Source: Camelus ferus (lineage: Eukaryota). From it: a DNA stretch of 64,000 bases. Numbering within the stretch: the first letter of the stretch is position 1; every line of letters begins with the position of its first letter. Both the position numbers and the translations under genes were made by a program. The notes under the pieces were generated by a model. It was not told where the DNA came from, made no database searches, and worked only from the letters and a program-made list of their open reading frames with translations. Shown here one piece after another: positions 28,169-40,590 of this stretch. Location of the stretch: the NCBI RefSeq assembly GCF_009834535.1, contig NC_045696.1, positions 28,460,001 through 28,524,000 on the forward strand, written 5' to 3'.

Positions 28169-28664
28169 CATGCATACCTTAGAGACATTGTAGGTTCGAT
28201 TCCAGACCACAACATTACAGTGAATATCACAATAAAGTGGTTCACACAGTTCTTTCGGTTTCTCAGCACATACAATGTCTACTTTGTACTGAAGTCTATT
28301 AAGGGTGCAATAGCATGTCAAAAAAAACAATGTACGGGGGGTTGGGTATAGCTCAGTGGTAGAGCGCATACTTAGCATGCACAAGGTACTGGGTTCAATC
28401 CCCAGCATCTCCATCAAAAAAATAATAAACAAACAAATAAATCTAATTACCTCCCCCCACCAAAAAAAAAAAAAAAAGAACAAACAAATAAATAAATAAA
28501 TAAACAAACAAACAATGTACATACCTTGATTAAAAATAATGCTGTTGGAAAAATGGTGCCAACAGACTTGCTTGACACAGGGTTGCCACAAACCTCCAAT
28601 TTGTTAAAAAGGCAACATTTGAGAAGTGGAATAAAGTAAAGGACAATAAAACAAGGTTGGCCTG
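28169..28664 (-). mobile_element. Internally deleted Tigger1 derivative (MITE) inserted in Tigger1
   Basis: Both Tigger1 ends in reverse orientation (catgcatacc ... acaaggttggcctg), flanked by TA at 28167-28168 and 28665-28666. About 310 bp without the SINE. Confidence 0.9.
28336..28509 (+). mobile_element. tRNA-Ala(AGC)-derived SINE (camelid Vic-1 type)
   Basis: gggtatagctcagtggtagagc (A box) ... cttagcatgc ... gggttcaatccc (B box), then an A-rich tail. 11-bp TSD aaacaatgtac at 28325-28335 and 28510-28520. Confidence 0.92.
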
Positions 28665-30464
28665 TAAATGCAGCAACAAAGCCTGGGTGACATAACATCT
28701 GTTTACAATATAGTTTACTGAATAGCTTAAGCCTACTGTTGAGAACTACTGCTCAGGAAAAAGATTCTTTTCAAAATATAACTGCTTATTGACAATACAC
28801 CTGGTCACCAGAGAGCTCTGATGGTGATGCACAGCAAGATTAATGTTGTTTTCATACTGCTAGCACAACATCCATTCTGCAGCCTCTGGATCAAGAGTCA
28901 TTTTGACTTTCAAGTCTTATTTTTTGAGAAAACCTTTCATAAGGCTATAGCTTCCATAGATGGTGATTCTTCCGATGGATCTGAACAAAGTAAATTTAAA
29001 AGCTTCTGGAAATAATTCACTAGTCTAGGTGCCATTAAGAATATTCAAAATTCATGGGAGGAGGTCAAAATGTTAATCTTTTAACAAGAGTTAGTTGATT
29101 CCAGCCCACATGGATGCCTTTGAGGGGTTCAAGACTTTAGCAGAGGAAGGATCTGCAGATGTGGTGGAAATAGCAAGAAAACTAAAATTAGAAGAGGAGC
29201 CTGAAGATGTGACTGAATTGCTGCCATCTTGTTCTAAAACCTGAACAAATGAGGAGTTGCTTCTTATGGATGAGCAAAGAAAGTGGATTCTTGAGACAGA
29301 ATATACCCCTGGTGAAGATGCCATGAAGGCTGTTGAAATAAAAATGAAGGATTTAGAATATTCAAGTTAGTTGATAAAGCAGAGGAGGGGTTTGAAACTA
29401 TTGACTCCAATTTTGAAAGAAGTTCTACTGTGGGTAAAATGCTATTAAATAGCATTATACACTATATAGAAACTGTTCATGAAAAGAATGTTAATCAATG
29501 TGGCAAACTTCATTGTCTAATTTTGACATTGTCACAATCACCACAACCTTTGGCAACCACCACTCTGATCAGTCAGCAGCCATCAGCATGGAGGCAAGAC
29601 TCTCCACCAGCAAAAAGATTATGACTCGCCGAAAGCTCAGATGCTGGTTAGCATTTTTAGTAATAAAATATTTTAAATTAAGGTTTGTACCTTGTTTTCT
29701 TAGACACAATACTATTGTACACTTATAGACTACAGTAGAGTGTAAAGATAACTTTAACATACATTGGGAAACCAAAAATTTGTGTGACTTGCCCTATGGT
29801 GATATTCACTTTGTTGAGGTTATCTGGAACCAAACCCATGATATCTCCAAGATATGCCTGCACTTAACTCAGCTATTTTAGTGCAAAAGCAGCCATAGAC
29901 AATACATAAACCCAGGAGTGTGCCATGTGGCTGTGTTCCAACTAAACTTAACTTACAAAGGAGAGCCCAGGTTGGATTGCCCCTCCCAATACTATGCAGC
30001 AATTTCAAGCTCACCGAATTCTGATTGAAACACTTTTCTGTTTGGAATGTTTGTGAAGTGGACATCTGATCAGCATTTATGCATATTCAGCCCAGCTGTA
30101 TGATAAATTGAATCACTCCTCACAGTTACACAGTTAAGGAGCATAATCCTGAGCTCTTTTTACAAACTTGGGGAAGCTTTTTTAAAGGAATACTACTAGG
30201 GAGAGGAAAGGATACAAACATGTCACATCAGATTATGATTAATAAATATCTTCAAATAACCATTTCCTTAGACATTGGTATTTCATTCTAGTATAGCATA
30301 CTAGATCCATGAAACAGCTATCAACAAAATACTTTAATATGCATGTGTCTATATGAATATGCATGCATACATACATATTCATATAGACACATGTATATTA
30401 TACATATATGTATACACACAGGTTTACACATATGTAAGTACATAGGTATATATAATTTTCTAAG

Positions 30465-30508
<44 letters not shown>
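30465..30508. repeat. (TCTA)11 microsatellite
   Basis: Perfect tetranucleotide run. Confidence 0.98.
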
Positions 30509-30509
<1 letters not shown>

Positions 30510-31789
30510 ATACATCAGTTTGCTAGTTAATTTGGTTCCAGTGATATGTTTACACTTTTATATGTTTGTATGTTGTTCTGAGTTTAATTCTGTTTCTGCT
30601 GAATGTCTGGGCACAGAATCCACATATGATATTTAAGTTTCTTGGATGTTTTTCTACTTGCCTGGCACTGAAAGCATAAGCAAGAAATGAGAACTACTCA
30701 CTATGACTATGCTTTTGGGGAGTCTTATTAAGGTAAATCCAATACACTGGTTCCAATAATATAAAGCTTATATTGGATTTCAACGTGTGGCTTTGATACC
30801 CTAGGCATGGTGCAATTTTCTGAATTATTCACACATAATCACTCCAGGGGATAACATCAAAGCATGATGGGAAAGTGCCTTAAAGCAGGCAACCATGAAG
30901 AGTCTTGTCCTGTAGCCGAGATTCAGAATACATTAAGGATGATGATAACACAACTTTCATGACCTAAATGTGTTAAATTTACCTATTCAGAGATGATGGC
31001 GGAGATGATGATGATTTCAGATGTCTCAGATAAGCATTTAATCATCATTTTCTCCACTTACTTGTTATTAGAGGAATATACATTTTAAAAGAAGAAGAAA
31101 GAGAAGACTAATTCACTAAATGGCATTGATTCTACATAATGCACAGTTAGAAATGTCCATCAAAATATGGCTATGAGAAGTAATGGAGTAAGTAAATTGT
31201 GTCTCTTAAACTAATAATAGAAGAATACTATTATTACCTAAGTTAATAATCATGTTTTTTAACTGAAGGTACATACTATTTTCAGAATCTAAAAGAGTTA
31301 AAAGAGATAAAAACAAAATTACATCTCAAGTAATCTAAAATTCATAATTAAAATAAGTGACTATATTCCTTGAAGAAGAAAAAAGAAGAAAAGGAAAAAG
31401 AATAGCTGAATATTATAAATGATTTGGCAAAATAGAATTTCATAAGTTTAAGAAATGTAAACAACTTTTGAAATTCTAAGACTAGTACACAAAGGAACAA
31501 ATACAGTCCAATGATAAGTAAAGCTAGATGAATATTATAACATTTGTATAATTTTATAATACTTATTTTTACAGCTTGTTCTCATTTGCAAATCCTGTCT
31601 TCTCAATCCATAAGGTACCCAGCATCTATTACCCAAGCATATGGTTGGATACAACTGCTTTTGATGACTGAGGCATGTAAAAAAAGACATGATGCTGGAA
31701 TGAGCTTGGAATGAATGGCACTTTGAAAAGAACTAGTACACAATTCACTGACCAAGAAGATGACTGGTAGAAGAGTAGGCTTACAGGGC

Positions 31790-32240
31790 CAGGTCCCGTA
31801 AGAATTCATAAACCGTGGTAAATTCCAGGTGCCACAGATGCCTATTGGGTTTTAAGCAGCATGATGACATAATATTCAATATAAAAAAATGTCACCTGGG
31901 AACTCTCTGGTGATGAATTGTTAGGAACCAAAATTGGAGGTTGATAATTGGGAACACTGAAGATCTATTTGAGCATAAGAAAAAAATTCTGGAGTGATTG
32001 TAGAGAGTGGTGAGGAAAGTGGAAGTAGAAATGAAATTGACTGGGATAGAAACAGATTGTAAGCAGGTGGAAGCAAAGAAGCAATGTTCAGTTAAAAATA
32101 CCAGTGAGACGTCCAACAAGAGATTTCAGATAACAGAACGTGTAAGTCTGGAGTTTAGAGTATCTGTCCCAAGTCAGGAAACATATTTAAGGGTTGTCAG
32201 TATGGAAATGACACTTCAAGCAACAAAAGAAAATGGAAAT
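31790..32240 (-). mobile_element. L2 LINE fragment
   Basis: gggttttaagcagcatgatgacata and aagtctggagtttagag...catatttaagggttgtcagtatggaaatgacacttcaagc are antisense L2-like. Confidence 0.6.
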
Positions 32241-33394
32241 CAGAGTTATGTCTACAAATGAATACTCATATTGTATTAAGAAATCTACTACCACCTCTGT
32301 TTCAACAAGTGTACTCCAATTACCTTCTGCTAAATCTCACGTTGCTTTTAGTGAGAACTAGAGAAGGTGAGAAGAAAATATTTTTATTTAGGCAAATACT
32401 TTTGTACATTTTTTACTTTGCCATTTAATTAACAAGCTTAATCACAGCTAAAATATTTATATGAATCAATTCAATTTTAAAAATTGTTCCTGATTGATTT
32501 TAGTAAATATTATTTATTACATGTAAGAAAGTTGCTTCAGGGAAAACAAAAACTTTTATGAGAAGTATAATTTACAAGTAAGTTTAAGTAATTACTTAGT
32601 ATTGATTTTATTGGATAAGCCTTGGGCCATGTATTTGACAATTGTCAAGAAATGGAACCAAGATCCTAAATAAATAAATAAACACATATATTTTAAAGAT
32701 TTTTTTTTCTAGCTTTAGAGTCAACAAGTCCTTTTCTCATAGGTTTTTTTCCTTCTAGAAAAGACATTTTATTTGAGAAAAATGTCTTTTATGCTCTATG
32801 AGTATAGAATTTATTAAATTTTTGTTGGCTTTAGGTAGAAGGTATCTTTGAGGTTAATGTGGAAAAATAATAAAATAAAAGGAAAGGACATAATTTAATC
32901 TGAGGGAAAAAAATAATGTTTCCAAGAATTTCCAACATGAAACCACTTTTAAAGGAAAAAACACATATGATACCTACATATTTGTGTGTGTGTGGAAGAA
33001 AAAAAATGTCCCTTAAGAAGTCTGTTGTCCTACATTTATAAGATGTTTAAAAATACTTGTTTACTTGACAATGTTAGTCACTTCGTAATAACTTGTTATA
33101 CTAATTTGAGTGACTGCACAAGTGTATTTCTTTGAAAGTAATTCTTAATTCAAAATTTTCATTTGACATTCCTTTCTAGCAATTTTAATATAAAGAATAT
33201 TTTATAAAAGTCTTAATTGTGGAAGAAAATACACATGAAAAGGTGACAAAAGTTATCTTCAATAATTAACTGGAAGATTTACTAAGAGTAAATATGCTCT
33301 ACTTATTAATACAATTCTAAATTCAAATTGGTAAAGGTTAATAAAAAATTTAAAACTTCAAATAACTGAGATAGTATGTGTAAATTGTGTGGAA

Positions 33395-34320
33395 GAATAT
33401 CTAGTACCCAGAGAAGCCAATACGAAGAACCCTTAGAACTCAATAATAAGAAAACAAATAAATCAATTAAAACGTGGGCAAAAGATCCAAACAGACACCT
33501 CATCAAGGAAGATATACAAATGAAAATAAATATGAAAAGATGGTCAATGTCATACGTAATTAAAGGATTCAAAATCAAAACGAGATACCACTCCACATGT
33601 ATTAGAATGGCCAAAATCCCAGACACTGAAAACACCAAATACTGACAAACATGTGGAGCAAAAGGAACTCTCAGTCATTGCTGATGGGAATGAATGATAC
33701 AGACACTTTGAAAGACATTCTGGCAGTTTCTTACAAAGTCAATATACTCTTACCATACATTTCAGCAATTATGCCCCTTGTTATTTACCCAAAACAGTAG
33801 AAAACTTACATCTACATAAAAACATACATATCATGAATGTTTATAACAGCTTACTCATAATTGTCAAAACTTGGAAGCAACCAAGATGTTCTTTAAGGGG
33901 TGAATGGATAAACAAACTGTGGTACGTTTATACACTGGTATAGTGTTTAGCACTAAAAAGAAGTGAGCCATCACGCCATGAAAGGACGTGGAGCAAACTT
34001 AAATGCCTGTTGCTAAGTGAAACAAGGCAATTTGAAAATGCTACATTGTGTGTGGTTCCCACTGTACGAACCTTAATGTCAATTTATTTAATAATATTGA
34101 TTCAGTATTGGCTCACCAATTGTAAGAAATGTATCACACAAACGAAAGATGTTAAAATAGGAGAGACTGAGGAAAGGGAGGAGGGCTTATGAGAATTCTC
34201 TGTACTTTCTGCTCAATTTTATTCTTAACCTAAAAATGCTCTAAAAAATAAGCATCAATTTAAAACAACAACAACGAAAAAACCCACAAACACAACAACA
34301 ACAACAACAAAAGAAAAAAG
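33395..34320 (+). mobile_element. L1MC-type 3' end with internal 3' UTR deletion
   Basis: ORF 33376-33645 (LELNNKKTNKSIKTWAKDPNRH) is L1 ORF2. The 3' end ctctgtactttctgctcaatttt...cctaaaaatgctctaaaaaataa is followed by an A-rich tail. Confidence 0.9.
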
Positions 34321-34919
34321 AAATCTCTCTGTATCTTATAACTGCACATCTCTGGGAAATTTACGTAACAGTGAAATAGTTCCAATCTTCTATATATTAA
34401 GGGAGATAATGTACTTAAAATGCTAAATGTATACCTGGAATCTAATAACCATCAATAAAAGATTGCTGTTTTTGTTGGTGATTGTATTCCTATGAAGTCT
34501 GTTATCTGAAAACCCACCATCAGAATTAAAATTGTAATAGATAATAATTTAAATAACATGAAAAAATTAGAAAGAGTAAAATATTAATTGCACATTTCTA
34601 AATAGGTCATGGAATCAAATGACTGCAATTTATAAGGCAAAAATTACTTAAATATGGAGTAAATTTTAGAGTAAGCAAATAGACACCATTGAATAAACAA
34701 ATAATAAAGTATCAGTTGATGACCAACAGCATACTCCTGCTTTGCTCTAATTTCTTTCATCATCTCCAGAAAAAAAAATTATAATAAATTGTAAACAATG
34801 GGAAAGTATTTTTAAAAACTAATCATACTCAAATATTGATGCAGAGGTGGGAAAAAAACATGAAAATAATGTAATATTTACAGGAGAGTTCATGGCTACA
34901 AATCAGAAGGCTAGAAGAC

Positions 34920-35390
34920 TCTTGCAAGTGCACTTTTTCAATGCTAGTCAATGAGAGAAACGGCAGAGAACAGAGGATGTGCCAAAAGAATGAGGACAAA
35001 TATTATTGCAACTTCCCAAAATGGGAAATAAGGGGATTCTAAAACTACAGATCACTTAGCCTATAAGCTTGACATGTGTCTTTGGCAAAATTGTAAAACA
35101 GATTATGTAGCAGATGGCTTGTGAGTATTTCACAATTAGAGTGTTGATCACTAGGCTCCAACATGAATTCAAGTGGTGCAAATCATAGCAAAGTAATTGC
35201 CTTTCCATTTCATTGTGGCATAAATTAAACCAGTGGACTAGGGGACTACAGATTCATAACAACCTGAATTCAGTGAAGAATTTTGCAAAGGTTGATATCA
35301 AAATGTTTTGTGCGATTTTCTAAAATGTTGCTGGCATGAAAATGTTATTACATGGAATTTTTTGTTATTGAATAACTAATTCTTGATACA
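34920..35390 (+). mobile_element. CR1/L3 LINE reverse-transcriptase relic
   Basis: ggattctaaaactacagatc...agcttgacatgtgtctttggcaaaattgtaaaacagattat...cagatggcttgtgagta...tgatcactaggctccaacatgaattca matches the recalled L3 RT region (NYRP.SLT...GK.LE.I...QHGF). Confidence 0.8.
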
Positions 35391-35409
35391 AATTTGTGGA
35401 TATAGTTTT

Positions 35410-35510
35410 TAATAAGTATTGTATAACAGGAACACTTGTGGAGCATTTTCTAAAAAAACATGTGCTTAGACCCAGAGCCTACCCTAGACATCCTGATTCA
35501 GTAAGTCTGG
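35410..35510. mobile_element. MER5-like fragment
   Basis: cccagagcctaccctagacatcctgattcagtaagtctgg. Confidence 0.5.
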
Positions 35511-35799
35511 TTATTACTTTGGTTATTTTAAATAACACATTACAAAATAATATAATGCAATTGTCTTTCAATTTTATCTGTGGAAAAACAGTATACTAGT
35601 TAAAATTATTCCTTTAGTTTTGGGGCTGCACTATTTATGTTTCATAAATGACTTTATTGTATCTTTGACTATTTTATAGCTATTCCATCTATAACTCATC
35701 ATGATAATGATATTATTTTTAATTTTTATTTTAAACTTTATTTCCTACTATTAAATCTATTTTCAATGTACTATGCAGCTTAACCCTTTAAATTATAAG

Positions 35800-36180
35800 T
35801 AATATCATGAGTGCTCTCAAAACTCTTCAAGTAGTTTATTTATCACATGGAATAAAAACTTTATCCACAAATTTCAGTACAACCCCATCACCTCTCAGAT
35901 CTCATTTCCTGATGACTTTCTTTCTCATTCACTTCACTTAAGCCAGACTGGACTTTTAAAAATTATTCTTCAAACTGGAATGTCACTATATCGATACCAT
36001 AGCATTTATAGTCCATCTAACCTAGATACTCACATGGATTGCTCCATCCCTCATTTATTTTATATACTGTCTATCTCCCATATGAAAATTTTTGTCTACT
36101 TAGTTCAATGTTGTATCCATAGGTACTTAGTGGTATGTAGCATATATTTGTTGGAACATATATTAATAAGTGAATAGAAA
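35800..36180 (+). mobile_element. L2 3' fragment
   Basis: ctcaaaactcttcaa...cacctctcagatctcatttcct...agccagactggac...cacatggattgctccatccctc...ttcaatgttgtatcc. Confidence 0.7.
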
Positions 36181-36574
36181 AATAAATAACATGGGTTACC
36201 TCTGTCCCTCTGTGTCCTAAAAATATAACAACTGATTTTACCTGAAATTAATCAGAATATTGATTATATAAATTATTGATCATAGGATTATATAAGACCA
36301 CCATTTTATTTACTGTTGCCATTCTCATACAAACATATTTAATAAGAAATGTAATATTGATAATATAACTACTTCCAAAGACTATGTCTTAGTTATTTCA
36401 TTGCTTTACTTAAAATACTGCCATCTTTCTTTCTAATTTACCTATGCCTTAACTATGTTTGACATGAACTTAATTGATATTTTCTGAAAAAATTGTAACA
36501 GCTTTTATAATGTCTGTTTTATGTCATAATGTTGTACATTATGTTTAACATTTTAAAGGATGTCAAAAATCTGT

Positions 36575-38040
36575 ATTTTCAAACTAGTATTGGGATAATT
36601 AGGTTCACATTCAAAGGAAAAAATGTGGAACCATATCTCATATAAACATTTTAATTCAAATTGAATCACACACTTAAATGTAAGGGCTAAAACTATAAGA
36701 ACTCTAGGAAGAAAGCATGGAAAAAATCTTAGTGAACTTTGTTAGTTAATGAAACGCACAAGTGACAAAAAGTAATTTGGACTTCATCAAAATTTTTTTA
36801 AATTGTATTTCAAAAGATACCGTTAAATATGAAAATACAACTCAGAATGTGAGAAAAAAGTTGCTAACAATATATCTCATAAAGGACGTTTATACAGTAT
36901 ATATCAAAAGCACACACATACACAGTACAACTTAATAAGAAAAAGAAAAATAACTCAATTTTAAAATCAACAAAGGTCTTTAGACATTTATTCAAGGAAA
37001 ATACATGAGTGGCTATAAGCACATGAAATGAAGCTAGAGCTCAATTTTGCCCTCAGCATTAGAGTAGGGAGAGCCAGAGGTCAGCCCAAGTTCTTCACTG
37101 GTGCAAGTCCTTAATTCTAGGCCTTTCCTCATCTGTGAAATGGGCTTGCAGCAGAGTTGTTCAAATGACCAAATAAGAAATGGGCATAATAAACATTTTT
37201 CATTCAGCTGCTCAAAAAAAAATCATTAGTCATTATGGAAATGCAAATCAAAACAATGAAATACTACTTCACACTCACTAAGATGAATAAAAAAGACAAA
37301 CTTAACAAATGTTGGCAAGGACATAGAGAAAATGGAACCATTATATTTTGCTGGTAGGACTGTAAAATGGCACAGTTGCTTTGGAAAACATTTTGGACAT
37401 TCTTCAAAATGTTAAACACAGAGTCACTGTAAGACCAAGCAATTCCATTCCTAGACATATATCTCAAATTGATGAAAACATACTTTCACTTAAAAAGAAA
37501 ACAAAATTTATAGCAGCATTTTTATACTAATAAAGATGAAACCAATCCAAATATCTGAAAACTAATGAAATGGATAAAAATAAGATATATTCATATAAAG
37601 GAATACAGTTGGCAATAAAAAATAATAAAGTGCTGATACACTACAACATGGATGAACCTTGAAAACATTATGCTAAATGAGAGAAGCCAGTCACCATTCT
37701 CTTTCCTGTTGTCATCCTCATAAAAGCATACTTAATGATAAGTAATTTAACAATTTAATGTTTCCATTTATATTTCCAAAAGAGACAAATTCATAAAGAC
37801 AAACAGTAAATTAGTAGTTCTAGGGAATTTGAGGGAAAGGGAGAGAGGAGAGTGATTGCTAACATGCAATGTGTAATATAAAAAAAAGATTTTTTTCAAG
37901 TGAAGAAAATCTAAAATTAGATAATGATGAAGGTTGAACCACTCTGTGAATATACCAATTTTTTTTAAATCACTGAATTATACACTTTAGAAGATGAATT
38001 TTATGCTATGTGAATTATATCTCTATTAACTGTTAAAAAA
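36575..38040 (+). mobile_element. Old L1 (L1MB/L1ME) ORF2 end and 3' UTR
   Basis: aaatgtaagggctaaaactataagaactctagg, ggacttcatcaaaatt, caacatggatgaaccttgaaaacattatgctaa and the end tgtgaattatatctc. Confidence 0.9.
37036..37222 (+). other. Non-L1 insert with MIR-like core, AATAAA and A9; possible retroposed transcript 3' end
   Basis: Interrupts the L1 motif aagcacatgaaa.gatgct|caacatcattagtcatt. AATAAA at 37188-37193, A9 at 37214-37222. Confidence 0.5.
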
Positions 38041-38199
38041 TCCAAAATATGACATTATGACTAATTACCTAGTGTTCTTGTTCAACATGGAAATACTTAA
38101 AACCTTTGGAGAAGCTTCCATTTATTTTTATTTTGAATAAGATTTTCTTGTAAAGATGACAATGAGAGAGCATCTTTTTCTTGCTAATAGAATTTTGGT

Positions 38200-38515
38200 G
38201 ACTAGTGGGTGGGGCTAAAAGCTCCCATTTACATCATCTCTCCTGAGAAGTCTATATGCATAAACCATACTTTGCTCATATAAAACTGGTCACTAAACAC
38301 ACCTTAATCAGTCTGGGGTGGGTGTCCACTCTCAAGGCTGAAGAGTTTGTGGTATGCCCGGAGAGCTCTGCTGTTCATCAGAGAGTCGCTTAATAAAACC
38401 CATCATATATATGTGTGTGTGTATATATATATATATATATTTTTTTTTTTCCTGAGTGATTCAACCAAGCAGTTTTGGTTGAAGATGAGACACACAGACT
38501 AAAATAAGCACAACA
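38200..38515 (+). mobile_element. Unclassified LTR-like relic
   Basis: tataaaa at 38279, aataaa at 38393 and the end gcacaaca fit U3-R-U5 order. Family not recognised. Confidence 0.35.
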
Positions 38516-39731
38516 CTTGAAGTAATAGATGTATAGAAAATCAAAAGCTGTGTTGTGGAGAATACAGTGTTGTGGGTAATAGTGTATTTTGAAGAACCTA
38601 GATACAGAGACACCAAAATGGAAGATCTGAGTCGTAGGAATAGTAAATTCTAGAAATTCTAATTACGTTGCTAAGATACTAGACAACTAGAGGTATATTG
38701 TATCCTAAAAGGCAGTAAAAATGTCTCCTTCACCAGGAGGCTCCTATTTCCCCTTATTTCCCGTGAATCCATAAATTAAACCCTACAATCTGAGATAACG
38801 TAGCATATAGTTCTGTAAGTAGATGGTGTATATTTTTGTTTCTCATTTTTGTTCCTTTTTATTTTTTTATTTTTGTTCCTTTATTTCTTTTGGCTATACA
38901 TTAATATCAATTTCTTTTTTATATTTTAATAAGATCCAAATCTTAAACTAACTTTGAAAATACATTCTTTACTCTGCCCACCCCCAGGACCATATACATT
39001 GTTTTGAATATTTTTTACACTTTGGATTATTTTGGAGCTTAATCAAATCCTGATGTATCATTTTAAATTTTACTACATATTTCTGTTTTTATTTAAGCCT
39101 CTCTCATAGGTGGTTTTTTTCATTATTATCAAAATCTCTAACTTCTCTTAGTCTCCATTTTCTATTTTCAATTTATGATCCCTTTTTTGGTCAAATTTAA
39201 TTTCTGTTATAATGATACTATTTATATAACTATCATTATCTTTTCATATTTATCCTTAAAGCAGATAAATTTATGTTTCTTATTTCATTATGGTTTTTTC
39301 CCCCAAAACTGATATAACATCTGAAATACAGGGAACTAAAAGAGGTTTATTTCTTGCTTTTACTAGATTAAATATCAGAAAATCAGTTTGTGTCTTTCTC
39401 TTTAAATTCTGGGTATTTTTTCTGTGGACACAAAGTAAATGGAATGATTTATATATGATTTTCATATTACATAATTTCTTATAACTGTTTTTCCTTTTAA
39501 TGCTGTAGCCGTGAAATACTTTCTTCAAAAAAATTCGTACCTGAAAGAATAGCATGTGAAATAAATTAATACTTAGTTGTTCCACTTTAAATTCTGCCCG
39601 CTCAGTGTTTCCTTCCTCCTCACAGCAGTCAGTCCCTCAGCATTTCAGAATCCCTTTTAACACAAAATTGAAAACCATTCAATAAATAGGTTTTATAATA
39701 ACCTATATATCTTCCCGACCGTACTATAGAT

Positions 39732-39953
39732 CAGTGTCTGTCAAACAGGATGAGTTTGCCTTTACCCTGAGGGCATTTGATAATGTTTGGAGATCATTTT
39801 GATTGTCAACAACTGGAGTGAAGAGTTCTTCTGACATCTAGAAGGTAGAGGTCGAAGATGCTGCAAATATCCAACAATGCACAGGATAGTCCTCCACAAC
39901 AATACATCGCCCCCAGCCCCAAAATTCCAAAAGGCCATTGTTGAGAAACCCTG
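39732..39953 (+). mobile_element. MER20 hAT-Charlie MITE
   Basis: cagtg...gggcatttgataatgtttggaga...ggtagaggtcgaagatgctgc...caatgcacagga...gttgagaaaccctg. 8-bp TSD ctatagat / ttatggat. Confidence 0.9.
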
Positions 39954-40199
39954 TTATGGATATTTATTATGAATAAGCATTTAGTCAACCAACAATATTA
40001 ATAATCATGTTGTTAATAACAACGTTTCCTATGGCCATGTCCTGAGTATAAAATTATAAACCAGTATGAGAAATTATTTCCATAAATTTACATAAGCAGC
40101 TCTTATTCTCAGTAATAATAAGCGAGTACACCTGTAATCTTTGTTTCCTAAGTAACAGCAATGTGGAGGTGAAAATTAAGAAGTGGGTCAAACCTCAAG

Positions 40200-40590
40200 T
40201 AAATCATCTTGGCTTTTACTCTTAAACTTGCTCCTAGGGCATTGTTTTACAATACAGCAAATAGCACCAACAATGCCCAGTTGTTTAGACCAAAATCTTG
40301 GTCATCCATCACCTTTGATTGCTTTCTTTCTCTCACTGACGTATCTCTTTCAATAGAAAATTCTATTGTGTGTGTATGTGTGTGTGAAATGGTTAGAAGC
40401 AATCAGTTTTTATATGAAAAATATAAAAATATAAGGTGACCACTTTTCCTCATTTCCAATCCTATTACATTAGAGCAAGCCATCTGAACTACAGCAATAG
40501 CCTCCAACTAGGCAAATTAGCTTCTGCATCCCCGCCCCTTGTTTCCCCTCTCCCTCCACGGGTCACTTTGCCACACATTATTCAATGTTA
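40200..40590 (+). mobile_element. L2 fragment (5' part of a split element)
   Basis: aaacttgctcc...aatagcaccaac...cccagttgtttagaccaaaatcttgg...ctgaactacagcaatagcctcc. Confidence 0.7.

Larger units (their letters stand above)
27426..29650 (+). pseudogene. Decayed Tigger1 pogo-type transposase ORF
   Basis: ATG at 27426 gives MASKCSSERK..SL.LNQKL. Further fragments include [24 protein letters not shown] and KTFHKAIASIDGDSSDGSEQSKFKSFWK. Many stops and frameshifts. Confidence 0.9.
27021..29860 (+). mobile_element. Near full-length Tigger1 DNA transposon (TcMar-Tigger)
   Basis: Terminal inverted repeats caggcacacctcg and caagatatgcctg. Flanked by TA (27019-27020) and CA (decayed TA, 29861-29862). 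About 2.34 kb once the nested insert is removed. Confidence 0.95.
26955..29995 (+). mobile_element. MER58A-like MITE, split by Tigger1
   Basis: caagggttggcaaact...gcaacta (26955-27020) resumes as cttaactc...gcaaaagcagccatagacaatacataaa...gtggctgtgttcca (29863 onward). Right end is approximate. Confidence 0.85.

Noticed and set aside
28344..28413. tRNA-Ala(AGC) gene
   Set aside because: The anticodon stem is broken (catac/gcaca), and there is a G-rich leader, an A-rich tail and an 11-bp TSD, so it is a SINE.
28067..28591. Longest ORF in the window (174 aa, minus strand)
   Set aside because: It runs through the MITE, the antisense SINE and its low-complexity tail: a chance frame.
27426..29650. 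Domesticated TIGD1-like gene
   Set aside because: Multiple stops, frameshifts and a nested MITE plus SINE, with terminal repeats still present: a dead Tigger1 copy.
32759..32790. 12-bp stem hairpin aaaagacatttt / aaaatgtctttt
   Set aside because: Mostly A/T runs, so low information.
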